Source of the DNA: Eledone cirrhosa
Taxonomy: Eukaryota
Length of the DNA stretch: 64,000 nucleotides
NCBI GenBank assembly: GCA_964016885.1
Contig: CAXHJY010001184.1
Location: 1-64,000 of the forward strand
Direction: 5' to 3'
Shown here: positions 1-13,429 of the stretch, one piece after another
How positions within the stretch are numbered: position 1 is the stretch's first letter
How the letters are laid out: each line of letters opens with the position of its first letter
Made by a program: the position numbers and the translations under genes
Notes under the pieces: model-generated
Database searches by the model: none
What the model was told of the DNA's origin: nothing
The model's input: only the letters and a program-made list of their open reading frames with translations

Positions 1-285
1 GGAGGTGCCACGGCAAAAAAGCACCCAGCCCACACTGTAAAGTGGTCGTGGAGGTGCCACGGCAAAAAAGCACCCAGCACTCACTGTAAATTGGTCGGGG
101 AGGTGCCACGGCAAAAAAGCACCCAGCCCACACTGTAAAGTGGTCGTGGAGGTGCCACGGCAAAAAAGCACCCAGCCCACACTGTAAAGTGGTCGTGGAG
201 GTGCCACGGCAAAAAAGCACCCAGCCCACACTGTAAAGTGGTCGTGGAGGTGCCACGGCAAAAAAGCACCCAGCACTCACTGTAA
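1..285. repeat. 49-bp tandem repeat (~5.8 copies visible, runs off window start), derived from an RTE-LINE 3' tail module
   Basis: Unit ggaggtgccacggcaaaaaagcacccagcccacactgtaaagtggtcgt with period 49. It continues into the gttggtgttagg...gcatccag...aaagtggacgtaaaatgatgatgat tail also seen after the LINE ORF at 47930-48180. Confidence 0.9.
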
Positions 286-558
286 ATGAGGTTGGTGTTA
301 GGAATAGCATCCAGCTGTAGAAATCAAGCCAGAATCAGTTCCTGTCCCACCCTTGCAAGCAGGGAAAAGTGGACGTAAAATGATGATGATGATATATATA
401 GGAAAATGTATGACCCTGACGGCAGAGCGCAAGCTATTTCGACAGCTATTTATGGACTAAATTAGAATTTTTAGCTTGGTAAATAAACACAGTTTTGTAT
501 CTATCTATATATATATATATATATATAACAAAGCTTTGTATCTTCATATATATATATA

Positions 559-1011
559 CAAGGTGTGTCAGAAAAGTTCCAGGACTGATGACACAAACTT
601 CACACTAAGAGATTTCTCCTTCAAAGTAATCCCCCTGGAGTCTAATGCACTTTTCCATCCTTTTCTGCCATGCTTGCATGCACTCCTGGAAGGATTCTTC
701 CGGGATCCTCCGCAGTTCCGTCATCACTGCCTTTATGATGTCGTCCACGTCTTCAAAACGGGTCCCCTCCGGGTCGTACTCGAATATCCATGACTCATCA
801 CCAGTAATGACTGTCCCTAGCAAGTCTGTTCGGTTTCAAGACGTTCGAGGATGCCCTGGCACACTTGCATGCGTTGACCCTTCTGGTCATCGTTCAGCAG
901 TTTTGGCACCATCTTCGCACAGACTTTCCGCATGTCCAAATCTTCAGTGAGAATTGGGTTTGAAATAAATTTTTTGTGACATCAGTCCTGTAACTTTTCT
1001 GACACACCTCG
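559..1011 (-). mobile_element. Internally deleted mariner element with TIRs
   Basis: TA-flanked ~40-bp TIRs (CAAGGTGTGTCAGAAAAGTTCCAGGACTGATGACACAAA / TTTGTGACATCAGTCCTGTAACTTTTCTGACACACCTCG). Minus-strand transposase remnants read MRKVCAKMVPKLL, VITGDESWIFEYDPE and C-terminal WQKRMEKCIRLQGDYFE. Confidence 0.92.
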
Positions 1012-2158
1012 TATATCATCATCATCATTGAACGTCCATTTTCCCTGCTATCAAGGGTTGGATGGGTCTATATAGACTAAGTCAGTACTAAAGAGGCACC
1101 ACTAATGTCCCAGACTGGCCGAGGAGGTCTGTATCCCGCTTACATATGGTCATTATCAAGTGCAGAGTTGTGTCTTTTGAGACACACTGAAGAATCCTCC
1201 TAATCCCTTGTTTGGCAACTTTTCTGCAGCTGGATGCCCTTCCTAATACCAACCACTTTATAATGTGTACTGGGTGCGTTGATTGTGTATATATATATCA
1301 TCGTCATCATCATTTAATGTCTATTTTCCATGCTAGCATGGTTTAATCGTGTTATCCCATTTGAGACAAGTCAGGTCGGGTGGCCATGTCTTCCTCATAC
1401 AGAACTGTTCTATGGCTGTATGGTCTTCCTAATGCCAACCACATTTACAGTGTGTACTGGATGCTTTTTGTCATGACACCTGTATGACCACTTTACAGTG
1501 TGGACTGGGTGCTTTTTGTTGTGACACCTACACAACCACTTTATTGTGTCTCCGTAATGACCATTTTACAGTGAGAGCTGCATGCTTCTTATTCGAATAC
1601 TAACATGCCCACTTTACAGTGTTAACAGGATATATATATATATATGTATATACATATTGCTTTTAATTCTTTGTTTCATTCATGTCTTGTGATAAGAGGC
1701 ACCAGAATCTTTACCTGATGTCACACAAAATTCTGTGTTTTGTAGCTTAATGACTATAAATTAATATTTTGTTTCCTATTTTACTCCACTGGACAGCGTT
1801 TGGCTTATGTCAGACACTGTGACCCCAGATGGATCATCAGTACTGTTGGTAGAGGTCAAAACTACCAAAGTCCATCTCAACGGCCAATGACCATGAAATT
1901 CTGTGTCCTTCATTTGTATTTTTAGATTTATATATATATATATATTGGAAAATGTGTGAAATACTTGGTACGGTTAGGTATATTTAAAAAAAGGAAAAGA
2001 ATTACTTCACTTATAGTTCTAAACAATTTGATTTAATTTTATAATATTATGATTTGGTAGATATAGTAAGTTCTTTGTTAACTTCGGTAGGAAGATTTTT
2101 AAAGATTCCTGGTTAACTTTCCTGGAGAATTTTCTCGCATTCGTCGGTGGCGATTGTC

Positions 2159-2193
<35 letters not shown>

Positions 2194-2519
2194 TGCACAC
2201 ATACATACATGCAGAAGTTTATTGCAATAATTAAGGAATGAAAATAAGACATTAATATAACAAAGGAAACATGCAAGGTGAATTAAGTAAGGTTAGTTGA
2301 TATGAAATATAGTCCAAATTGGTTGTTTTTATAGGTCATAATCCTTTAAATTTGTCAAATGAAGGAAGCATAATATAAAGTTAAAATACTAATCTCACAT
2401 ATACTTGATCTATACTTAAATTGTAAAAAATTCTAATCAAATTAATCACACACAAATGAATTCTATTTTGCCTGTATACTCCTTTGTATTGTTGTGTATA
2501 TAACTGTGTGCCTGGATAG

Positions 2520-2631
2520 ATATTTATTATATGTATAGATATATATATATGTATATGTGTATACACATATGTATATGTGTATACACATATGTATATGTGT
2601 ATACACATATGTATATGTGTCTATACATATT

Positions 2632-2682
<51 letters not shown>

Positions 2683-3566
2683 ATATATATATATGTGTAT
2701 GTGTGTATGTATGTATATATATGTGTGTATGTATATATATATCTAAGTATATATATGTATGTATATATATATGTATGTATATATGTATGTATATATGTAT
2801 GTATATATATATATGTATGTATATATGTAGGTATATATATATGTGTATGTATATATATATGTATATATATATATATGTATGTATATATATATATGTATGT
2901 ATGTATATATATATGTATGCATATATATATGTATATGTATATATATATATATTCATTTTTCATTTCATTTTACGTCCACTTTTCCATGCTTGCAAGGGTG
3001 GGTCTGTATATATATATATATATATGTCTGTATGTATATATGTGTCTGTGTATGTATATATGTGTATGTATATATATATATATGTGTGTATGTATATATG
3101 TATGTGTATATATGTGTGTGTATGCATATGTATATACATATATATATGTGTGTATGCATATATATATATATATATATATGTAAATATATATATGTGTGTA
3201 TGTGTGTAGGCATATATATATATATGTGTGTGCAATTTCTGTCTGTCAACCAATTGGTGGTGTAATTAGAACACCAGATAGAGAGAGTATGATTTGCAAT
3301 ATATATTTCAGATTTTTCAAATCCCACTGATATCAATTTTGTATTTTATTTTTTCGAAGTTGTACCAGTCAAATACTCAGGTGGAATCTTCTTCTCTCTC
3401 TCTCTTTTTCTCTCTCTCTCCCACCCTCTTAGGAAATCTGCAAAGCACTTGTATGGGCTGTTCCATTTTTAGGCAGTTTTTAATGGGTGTGTGCCCTTTC
3501 TGATGCCAACATTTTTAACTGCCTCATAGCATATAGAGAGAGATAGTGTTCCTATTCAATGTGTGG

Positions 3567-3612
<46 letters not shown>

Positions 3613-3891
3613 CATGTATACATACATGTATATATATATGTATATATATATATATATATTGTATACATTTATAAGTATATATAAATATATATATACATTA
3701 TATATAATATATATATACATGTATACATACATGAATATATATGTGTGTGTGTGTATATATATATATTACATGTATACATACATGCATATATATATGTATA
3801 TATATATATTGTATACATTTATAAGTATATATAAATATATATATACATTATATATAAAATATATATACATGTATACATACATGAATATATA

Positions 3892-3922
<31 letters not shown>

Positions 3923-4133
3923 TACATGTATACATACATGCATATATATATGTATATATATATATATATTGTATACATTTATAAGTATATATAAATATAT
4001 ATATACATTATATATAATATATATACATGTATACATACATGAATATATATGTGTGTCTGTGTGTGTGTATATATATATATATCATTTCATTTTTCATTCA
4101 TTTCATTTTACGTCCACTTTTCCCTGCTAGCAA

Positions 4134-4176
<43 letters not shown>

Positions 4177-4546
4177 GTCTGTATATTTATAAAATAAAAA
4201 ATAAATAAGCTAGTACAAAAACAAATACAGAGAAGATCAAAAGAAATAACGAAGCCAAGAGAATTAACGACTGCTTCAACTGAACGGCAAATATAGATGA
4301 AGTCATAAATCTATTAGGTTGTTTACTCAACAATAAATAGTTTAATTGCAGAATAGATGTCTATTATCCCAAATAAATGAACTTAAAATCATGAAACCTT
4401 GAAATCACACTCCACTACTATATGTGATCATACAGACATACACGGGTGTGTGTATATATATATATATATATATACGTACACATACATACATGGGTGTATA
4501 TATATATATATATATATATACGTACACATACATACATACATGGGTG

Positions 4547-4577
<31 letters not shown>

Positions 4578-4602
4578 GTACACATACATACATACATGGG
4601 TG

Positions 4603-4688
<86 letters not shown>

Positions 4689-5391
4689 CATACATACATA
4701 CATGGGCATACACATATCTACATACACATAAGGATGGGCATACAGTTATTTACATATAAACATGTATGGACATCTGGATACGTCATACACATATCTGAAC
4801 ATATACATATGTACCTACATACATGTATGGGCATATAGATATCTACATATATACATGTATTGGCATATACATACATCATACATACATGTATGGGTATATA
4901 CAATCATCATACATACATGTGTGGGCCTATACATATTTACATATATAGGCCTATACATATTTACATATATAGGCCTATACATATTTACATATATAGGCCT
5001 ATACATATTTACATATACATGTATGGGCATATGCATATCTATATAAATTATATTTGTATATACATGTATGGGCATGTATATAGCTATATACATATATGTA
5101 TGGGCATATACATATTTATATATATACATCCACAGTTTGTGCTGTCATGCATATAATTGCATGCAATGACACACACTCATGCACACATGCAGAAAGGCAT
5201 GTGAGCATATACTTATTCACTCACTATATATATATATTTATATTTAATGCATGCACTCACACACACACGCCTATCATACAAAGAACTAAAAAGACACTTG
5301 TGCACATTCTTCGATTATCTATTACTATATACATATACATGTATGTGTGTATATGTGTGTGTATATGTGTGTGTGTATGTGCGTGTGTTTG

Positions 5392-5457
<66 letters not shown>

Positions 5458-6620
5458 ATTTATGTGTGTGTGTATGAGTGTATAAATATATACACGTGTT
5501 TATGTATACATTAACACATACACGTGTATACATGCATATACATACAATGACACAGTCTTGCATGAATACATATAGACCAAAAAGAAAAAGAAAAAAATTG
5601 TTTGGAAAGCCAATGATACGGACACAATTATACACACATGTATACACACATGTATATATGCATATGTATATACACACAGATATTGTTGTTTATCATAACA
5701 CACATCACGGCTGAGCATTCATGCATCTCAATATAAACAATGACACACACAGGATTTATATATGTAAATCCATAGTGGTAAAAATATATTTTTGCTTGGA
5801 CACCACAGAAAGAAGCACATACACACATATACACAGACAGTCTCTCTCACACATATACGCAGACACAGTCATGCAGACATACACACACATATATACAGAC
5901 AGTCACACACACACACAGACATACATACATACACACATATACACAGACAGTCTCTCGCACACACATACGCAGACACAGTCACACAGACACATATATATAC
6001 ACATAGACAGTCTCTCACACACATATACATACATACAGTCACACAGACATACACACATACATATACACAGACAGTCTCTCACACACACATATATACAGAC
6101 AGTCACACAGACATACACACACATACATATACACATATACACAGTCTCTCATACACATATACGCAGACACAGTCACAGGCATACACATACACATAGAGAG
6201 TCTCTCACACACACACACATACATACACATACATACACAGTCACACAGACATACATATACACATAGACACACACACATACATATACACAGAGACACAGTC
6301 TATCACACACACATGCATGTCACACACATATGCAGTCACACAGACATACATGCACACATATGCAGACATGGTCACATAGACATATATATATACATACACA
6401 TACATAGAGACATGGTCAGACAAAGACATAGATATACACAAACAGAAGCACTCATCACATACACACAAACTCACACACACCTACACACACAGTCACACAG
6501 ATATACATATATACAGATAGAAGCACACATCACACGCACAGTCACACACACAGAAGCACACACAAACACATACACACACAAACACATGTACACATGTGCA
6601 CACAGGCTTCAATAATATAC
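2520..6620. repeat. Compound (TA)n/(CA)n/(TATG)n microsatellite and low-complexity field with local higher-order units
   Basis: Directly visible dinucleotide runs and a ~160-bp TA-rich unit repeated three times at about 3600-4070. This field is the source of the many YIYIY/THTH ORFs. Confidence 0.95.
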
Positions 6621-6655
6621 CACACATTACACAATATTATATCTGACACACATAT

Positions 6656-6835
6656 TTGGCAGTATCGGTAGAGGGTCGGACGCCATACTTTCCAGCATAG
6701 AGTTACGTCCCTTTGCGGTCTGAGTTCAAATCCCGCCGAGGTTGACTTTGCCTTTCATCTTTACGGGGTCGATAAAATAAAGTACCAGTAATGCACTGGG
6801 TAATTGCTGGCCTTGTGCCTAAATTAGAAACAATT
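6656..6835 (+). mobile_element. tRNA-derived SINE (main family)
   Basis: A-box-like TGGCAGTATCGG and B-box GAGTTCAAATCC, followed by the core GCCTTTCATC..GGGGTCGATAAAATAAAGTACCAG and an (ATT)n-like tail. Confidence 0.85.
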
Positions 6836-7416
6836 ATATGACACACATATTTGTGTATAATGACACACATGTTTGTGTATAACACCACACACACACACAC
6901 AGAGACTTGTATATTATACCACACAACCATACACACACATACACACAGATATACACACATATACTTAAATTTTAAATAACACACATGTTTGTGTATAACA
7001 CCACACACACTTGTATATTATACCACACAACCATACACACACACATACACACAGATATACACACATACTTAAATATTAAATAACACACATGTTTGTGTAT
7101 AATATCACACATACACACACAGACACTCAGACACAGACACTCACACACTTGTATATGATATCATATGCATACACACATCTACACACACTCACATGCATAC
7201 AGACACACACACACGTTTGTATATGATAGCACTCTTACATGAACACAGGCACATATACTCAGTTGTATATGATGCAGAGACATACACATGCACACCGATG
7301 CACACACACACATGCACACTGACACACATGCACACCCAGAAACACACACACATACACACATACATTATACACCAAACCACACACTGGGGATCCCCTGTCA
7401 TACACAGACACGTGTA

Positions 7417-8012
7417 TTTGTTTCTACTTTAGGCACAAGGCCAGAAATTTTTGGGGAATGGGAAAACCGATTAAATCGACCCCAGTACATTACTGGTGCT
7501 TTATTTATCGACCCCATAAGGATGAAAGGCAAGGCTAACCAAAACAGCAGAATTTGATCTCAGAACTCTTTGCTGCGAAACATGTCTGATGCTCTACCGA
7601 TACTGCCAAATATAATTGTTTCTACTTTTGGCACAAGGCCAGCAATTACCTCAGTGCATTACTGGTACTTTATTTTATCGACCCTCGTAAGCATGAAAGG
7701 CAAAGTTAACCTCGGCGGGATTTGAACTCAGAACATAAAGGGCCATAACTCTGTGCTGCAAAGCATGGTGTCTGACACTCTACCGATACAGCCAATTCAT
7801 CATCCTAAGCCAATCTAATAATAATTGTTTCTACTTTGGCACAAGGCCAGCAATTACCTCAGTGCATTACTGGTACTTTATTTTATCGACCCCGGAAGGA
7901 TGAAAGGCAAAGTTCACCTCGGCGGGATTTGAACTCAAACTGTAAAGGGACGTAACTCTATGCTGGAAAGCACGGCGTTCGACCTTCTACTGATATTGCC
8001 TATCCACCGCCC
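7417..8012 (-). mobile_element. Three head-to-tail SINE copies (main family)
   Basis: Reverse complement of the 6656 SINE repeated at about 7417, 7612 and 7822. Confidence 0.85.
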
Positions 8013-8039
8013 GTCTATGCTGCAAATATAATGGGCCTC

Positions 8040-8575
8040 AATCGATTTCCTTGCTGAGCATTTCAGTTGTTTTTGGTTAACAGACAACCTGCTCATGAAA
8101 TTAATTCCAAGTGACTAGCATTTCATAGACACGTGTGCCCTTAATGTAATTCTCTGGGATATTCAGTGTAACACACTATGACATGGCTGGCATATTAAAT
8201 TATTAGTTAAAGTCTGTTCTAAGCTGAAGACTCATCAAGCTGGTGCTTATCCCCAGTTTCCAACTGAGAGTACAAGACTCGCTCTGGACAAGATGCCGGT
8301 CTATTGAAGGTTTAACTCCCCAGCTCTTGGTACTCAATTTCAGCTTGGTGTACTGGAGCAACATGAAATGAAGTGTTTTGCTTAAGAGCACAATGCAGCA
8401 GCCTGTTCAGGAATCAAACCAATGATATTACAATGTTATGTCAAGCATTCTAGCCATTAAACATTAAATTATGAGCACAACTTATTTTTGCCTGTGAAAT
8501 AATGTCCTGCTCAAGGACTTGAACTCACAACCTCGTAATAATGATCTGAACACCCTAACAACTAAGCCACACTCC
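8040..8575 (-). mobile_element. Degenerate SINE-like repeats of other families
   Basis: Segments similar to 59010-59210 and 59470-59630, with tRNA-like reverse B-box remnants (ggaatcaaacc, cttgaactcac). Confidence 0.5.
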
Positions 8576-10004
8576 TTCACAATAAATGTATATATATACT
8601 GACAATGACACACAGATTTATCTGTAAATACATACTGGCTTAAATAGAAAACCATACATTTATAAAATATAGACACACACACAAATATCTATACCCAGAA
8701 ATGCAAATTCAGATAAACTTTGATATTATACATACATGTGAACACAGAGACACAGAAGCTTTGATAGGACACAATGCAATTACACATACACAAATACACA
8801 TTTACAACACACAATCACAAACTCACATAACATCATGCAATTACACACACACAGATACACTTACAGAACAGAACAGACAATCACACATACAGTCATAGGT
8901 TCAAATAACCTTTGATGCTGTTACACATACACATATATACACACATCACTTGTGTGCATTATTGCATCTAAATATATAGAATGACACACATAGGTTTTAT
9001 ATATGCAAATATATAGTGATAAAAATATACATTAGCTTGGACATCATATAGAGAAGCACACATTTGAGTAATGTACCACACACACATATATATATATATA
9101 CACACATCACGTATGTGCATTCATGCATGTCAATATAAACAATGACACACAGGTTTTATATATGTAAATACATAGTGATAAAAATATATTTTTGTTTGGA
9201 CACCACAGACTGAAGCACATACACCACACATCATACAGATACAATCACATAAAGATATACATATAAACAAACAGAAATACACACTTATACACACACAAAC
9301 AGACAATCACACAATCAGACAGAGTTACATAGTTACAGATACACAGGCACACAGACAACACACGCGCACACATACAGAAGAAAATACTCACACACATTCA
9401 CACACACATACAGACAAGGACAGATACACACTCACAGACATGTACAGAGAAGGAGACACACACAAACACACACACAGAGAAACACTGAAAAACACACACA
9501 TGTATTCTCTTCCAGATTCTACTTGACACAGTGTGTAAAGTACATTTTATACTTAGTCAATAATTCTACTTCTTCCATATACATCTCTTCACCTCACCCT
9601 TTCATATATGTCTCCTCCTCCTGCCCCCACCCTCTCCCCCACACATATGGCACCTCCTCTCCCTTTCCCCCACATATATGTCTCCTCCTCCCAGTTCTTG
9701 TAGAGCCAAAATATATGTCCCCCCCCCCCCCCCGGAACCCAAATGATTTATGATTCTGTCTTTCCCAACAAATTTTAAAACAAACTCAAACCAATAATAA
9801 TAATAATAAAATTATTAAAATGGTCTGTACATTTTTTTTTCATAAATTGTTTATATGAAAGTTAGTTATTAATCATCTTCATAACCACTACCACCATCAC
9901 CACAACAACAGCAAATACAACCACACACCTCGCAATCTCCACCACCACCATCACCACAAACTCCAAAAGCAACACCCCCAACAACTACCTCCACTATCAC
10001 CACC

Positions 10005-10415
10005 AGTGGAGGTCACGATGGTGACTGGTGGTCCAGAGACAAAGAACACTGGAAGTCTTGATGATGATTGGTGGTCTGGAGAGTAAGAAGAGTGGAGGTT
10101 TTCAAGTTAAGTAGCAGTCCTGAGACTGATGACACAAAGTCTTGATGGTGATTGACAATCCAAAGACCAAGGACAACAGTGACCTTGATGTCAAGTGGCA
10201 ATCCAAGGACTGAGGATTCTAGAGGTTATGATTGTGGCCAGCAGTCTAAGGGCTGAGGACACTTGAGATTTTAAAGTTAGGTGGCAGTCCAAACACTAAG
10301 GATTCTGGAGGTCTTAATTATGGTCAGCAATCGTAAGACTGAGGACAATGAAAGTCTTGATTGTGGCCAGTAGTCATAAGACTGGGGACAGTGAAAGTCT
10401 TGATTGTGGCCAGAT
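10005..10415. repeat. Degenerate ~42-45-bp minisatellite (~9 copies)
   Basis: Recurring unit resembling gcagtcyaaggactgaggacactggaagtcttgattgtggcca. Confidence 0.7.
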
Positions 10416-10698
10416 TACAAAAAGAAAAAATATTTATATTTGAAGAAAAATAAACAAAAAGTTATTAACAAATAACTTGTCATAAACAGAGCTGTTTGTC
10501 TCTATCTCTTTCAATTTTAAAGTATGGTTGAATCAAGATCAGTCATTTCAGGGAAATTCTTATAGCATTGGTTTAGATTTCTTGTGGTGCTGGTTCAAGG
10601 TCTTATTTTTTTTCTGTAAAAATCATGCTATGACCAGTTTAGATGATAAATGTGCCCATCTGAATATCATGAGTACCATTCAATTGCAGAATTGAGTA

Positions 10699-11410
10699 TC
10701 ATCAACATCATCATCATTTTACGTCTGCTTTTACCTGCTTGCAAGGGGTAGGGTGGGTCCTATTCAGCACAGCATCTCTCCACTTGTCACAGTCCTTCGT
10801 CATCTTCTTCATGAGCTGCAGCGATCTGAGGTCTGCTTTCACCACCTCCGCCCATGTTTTTCGTGGTCTTCCTTCTACTGGGATTTCTTGGCACTTCTTT
10901 ACCCAGAGGTCATCCTCCATGTGCATCACATGTCCATACCATCTCAGTCTTCTCTCCCGCACACCACAACTTATCCCTCTTATACACAGTTTCTCTCTCA
11001 ACTAATCTATGCTTGGTTATTCACGCACATTGACATTGCACATCCAACGGAGCATGCTTGCTTCATTTCTCTCCAGCCATCGCATATCTTCTGTAATTGC
11101 TACCCATGTCTCACTACCATGCAGCATCGCACATCTCACACAGGCATCATATAACCAGCCTTTCGTTCATAGAGAGAAACCCTTGTTTGTCAGCAGAGGA
11201 AGCAGCTCCCTAAACTTCTTCCAACCCGTCCTTATTCTAGATACTATGGCCTCAGAACACCCCCCTCCCATGCTAATCTGATCACTTAGGTACCGGAAGC
11301 TATCATCTCCTTCTATAGAACCCACCTGCATTTGAAAAATGTGTCTATCACTGCGATTACTACTGTCAAATTTCCCTGTACATCTACAGCATACGTAGTT
11401 TTCCCTACCT
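10699..11410 (-). mobile_element. RTE-type LINE 3' fragment (degenerate)
   Basis: Minus-strand peptides FRYLSDQISMGGGCSEAIVSRIRTGWKKFRELLPLL, RRLRWYGHVMHM and GRPRKTW are homologous to the 46631-47821 ORF; (ATG)n tail. Confidence 0.9.
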
Positions 11411-11563
11411 GTATATATATATATATATAACGAAGGAAATGTGGTAAGGAACCAGGTGGACCATAACGCACCAAAGTACTCAATACTTGAGGTAGTAGAG
11501 TGGGTAATAGGAACCAGTAAGACCCCGACAGCTGAGCTCAAGCCGTTTCGACGGCTAATTCTG

Positions 11564-11596
<33 letters not shown>

Positions 11597-11714
11597 AAGT
11601 GTTAAAACGATCAAATTTTAGTTTAGAACATTTATTAGCTGACAATTGTTTCTTCCAGAGGGAAGTCTGGAATCATTGGAGCATAAGGAATGTATATATA
11701 TATATACATACATA

Positions 11715-11810
11715 CAAGGTGGTATCAAAAGGTTTCCAGGCTAGTTATGTAACATACCAACAGATGGCAACGCATGGTTGCATGCATAGTGAGAGCTAGC
11801 AGTACCTTCA
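11715..11810. mobile_element. Solo mariner-like terminus
   Basis: TA-CAAGGTGGTATCAAAAGGTTTCCAGGCTAG resembles the TIR at 559; no partner TIR found. Confidence 0.45.
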
Positions 11811-12026
11811 TTTGACTTTAGTGAGGTTGAAATCTCCCAGAAGTAGGTTGTTAAGACTCTGATCCAAATTGATCAGCACTTCTTCAATCCTTTTGTGGCT
11901 ATTTTCAAACTTGTCTTTATGTCTGAGGGCATCTGATGGTCGATATGACACACATTACCACTTTCAGTTGCTTCATGTGTACTATTAGCATGTCACAGAC
12001 CGAGTTGGAATGTAACAACAGTACTA

Positions 12027-12212
12027 ATAATTGTTTCTACGTTTGGCACAAGGCCAGAAATTACCCAGAGCATTACTGGTACTTTATTTTATCGACCCCG
12101 TAAGGATGAAAGGCAAAGTTAACCTCGGCGGGATTTGAACTCAGAATGGCAAGGGCCGTAACTCTATACGTCAAAGCATAGCGTCCGACCCTCTACCGAT
12201 ACTGCCAATCCA
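12027..12212 (-). mobile_element. tRNA-derived SINE (main family)
   Basis: Full-length reverse copy of the 6656 SINE. Confidence 0.88.
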
Positions 12213-13429
12213 CTAATAATGTGACATCTTCACGGATGTACAAAGCAACTGCACCATAAGTTTCCCCCTCCTACGAGTACAAAATACAACATACTTTGGT
12301 ACGTGTATTTTCATATCTACTTTGCTAACAGTCAGGTGAGTTTTACCAGGCCTCTGACATTTAGTAGTAGACATTTGGGGTGTCAGTGGTAGCTGCTGAT
12401 ATGGCATCTGCGTGGGTATCAGTGCATTCCAGTGTTTCATTTTCTTTTTCATCATCTTCACTGATGTTGTCTGCAGCGCAGGCCATCTCCCTCTCAGCAG
12501 CTTTCGGGGATTCCGTGGGTACTTTGCAACTCATACTTTTTTCTTCTTTGTCTTATTCGTCTCCTCTGTGAAAATATGGCCCAGTTGATCCATGTGTAAC
12601 CTAACAAGTGAGTAGGCACGAAAAAATTCATTTTCTTTCGCTGTATCTATGCCCAAGTTCTCAGAAAGCCACATTTTGCAGGATCTCTTTAATTAGTTTA
12701 TTTGAAAGAAAGCCATTTGCTGAACACCATGCATTTAGCATAAGTTGTAGTTCCTTTAGTTTCCAGTTTTGGCAAGTTTGGATCTCATTTATCTGAGCAT
12801 TTGTATCTGCATTTTTTTCTGTATTTCAATTATAATAATCAATTAATTAAATATAAAACAAAATACAATTACTATCTCAAAAAATAAAATAAGTTAAAAA
12901 TATAATACTCTAAAAATATAATACCTTACCTTAGCGAAAGATAGCAATACAGAGTACTGATTACAATATTTCAGTAATCAATCAATTAAAAATACAATAA
13001 AATACAATTACTATTTCAGAAAATAGAACAAATCAACAAAAGATGTCAGAAACAAGCAAAGTCTTTAGTGTACGAGAAATAAGATAAACAAAACTGATTG
13101 CTGTACGTTCTGGCTGGAGCAAAAAATAAAAACTTTTACGGAGTAACAATTACTGAAAATAGAAAAGAAAAAAACAAAAGTAATATAGGACTACAATACA
13201 AATATTATTTACCCAGTATCTAAATTGAAACCATAATGATGTATCAGATATAACATTTTTTAGAGAATATGGACCAAATTTTCCAGAAATTCAGATATGG
13301 GTAATATTAATATGTGTATATCTTTACTTAACGATGTTTTGAAACTGGCTTTAAACAAGGAAATTACTCTTTTGATGAAGGTTTATATATTATATTATTT
13401 ATTTGTTTTCAAGGCCCAAATTTGACCAT

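Noticed and set aside
1-285. CRISPR-like regular array
   Set aside because: The units are contiguous with no unique spacers, the context is eukaryotic and there are no cas genes.
2381-6615. Numerous YIYI/THTH/VCVC ORFs (also at 35, 39, 49 and 61 kb)
   Set aside because: Stop-free translations of dinucleotide microsatellites.
6656-6740. tRNA gene
   Set aside because: A/B boxes are present but there is no complete cloverleaf; it is the head of a multi-copy SINE.
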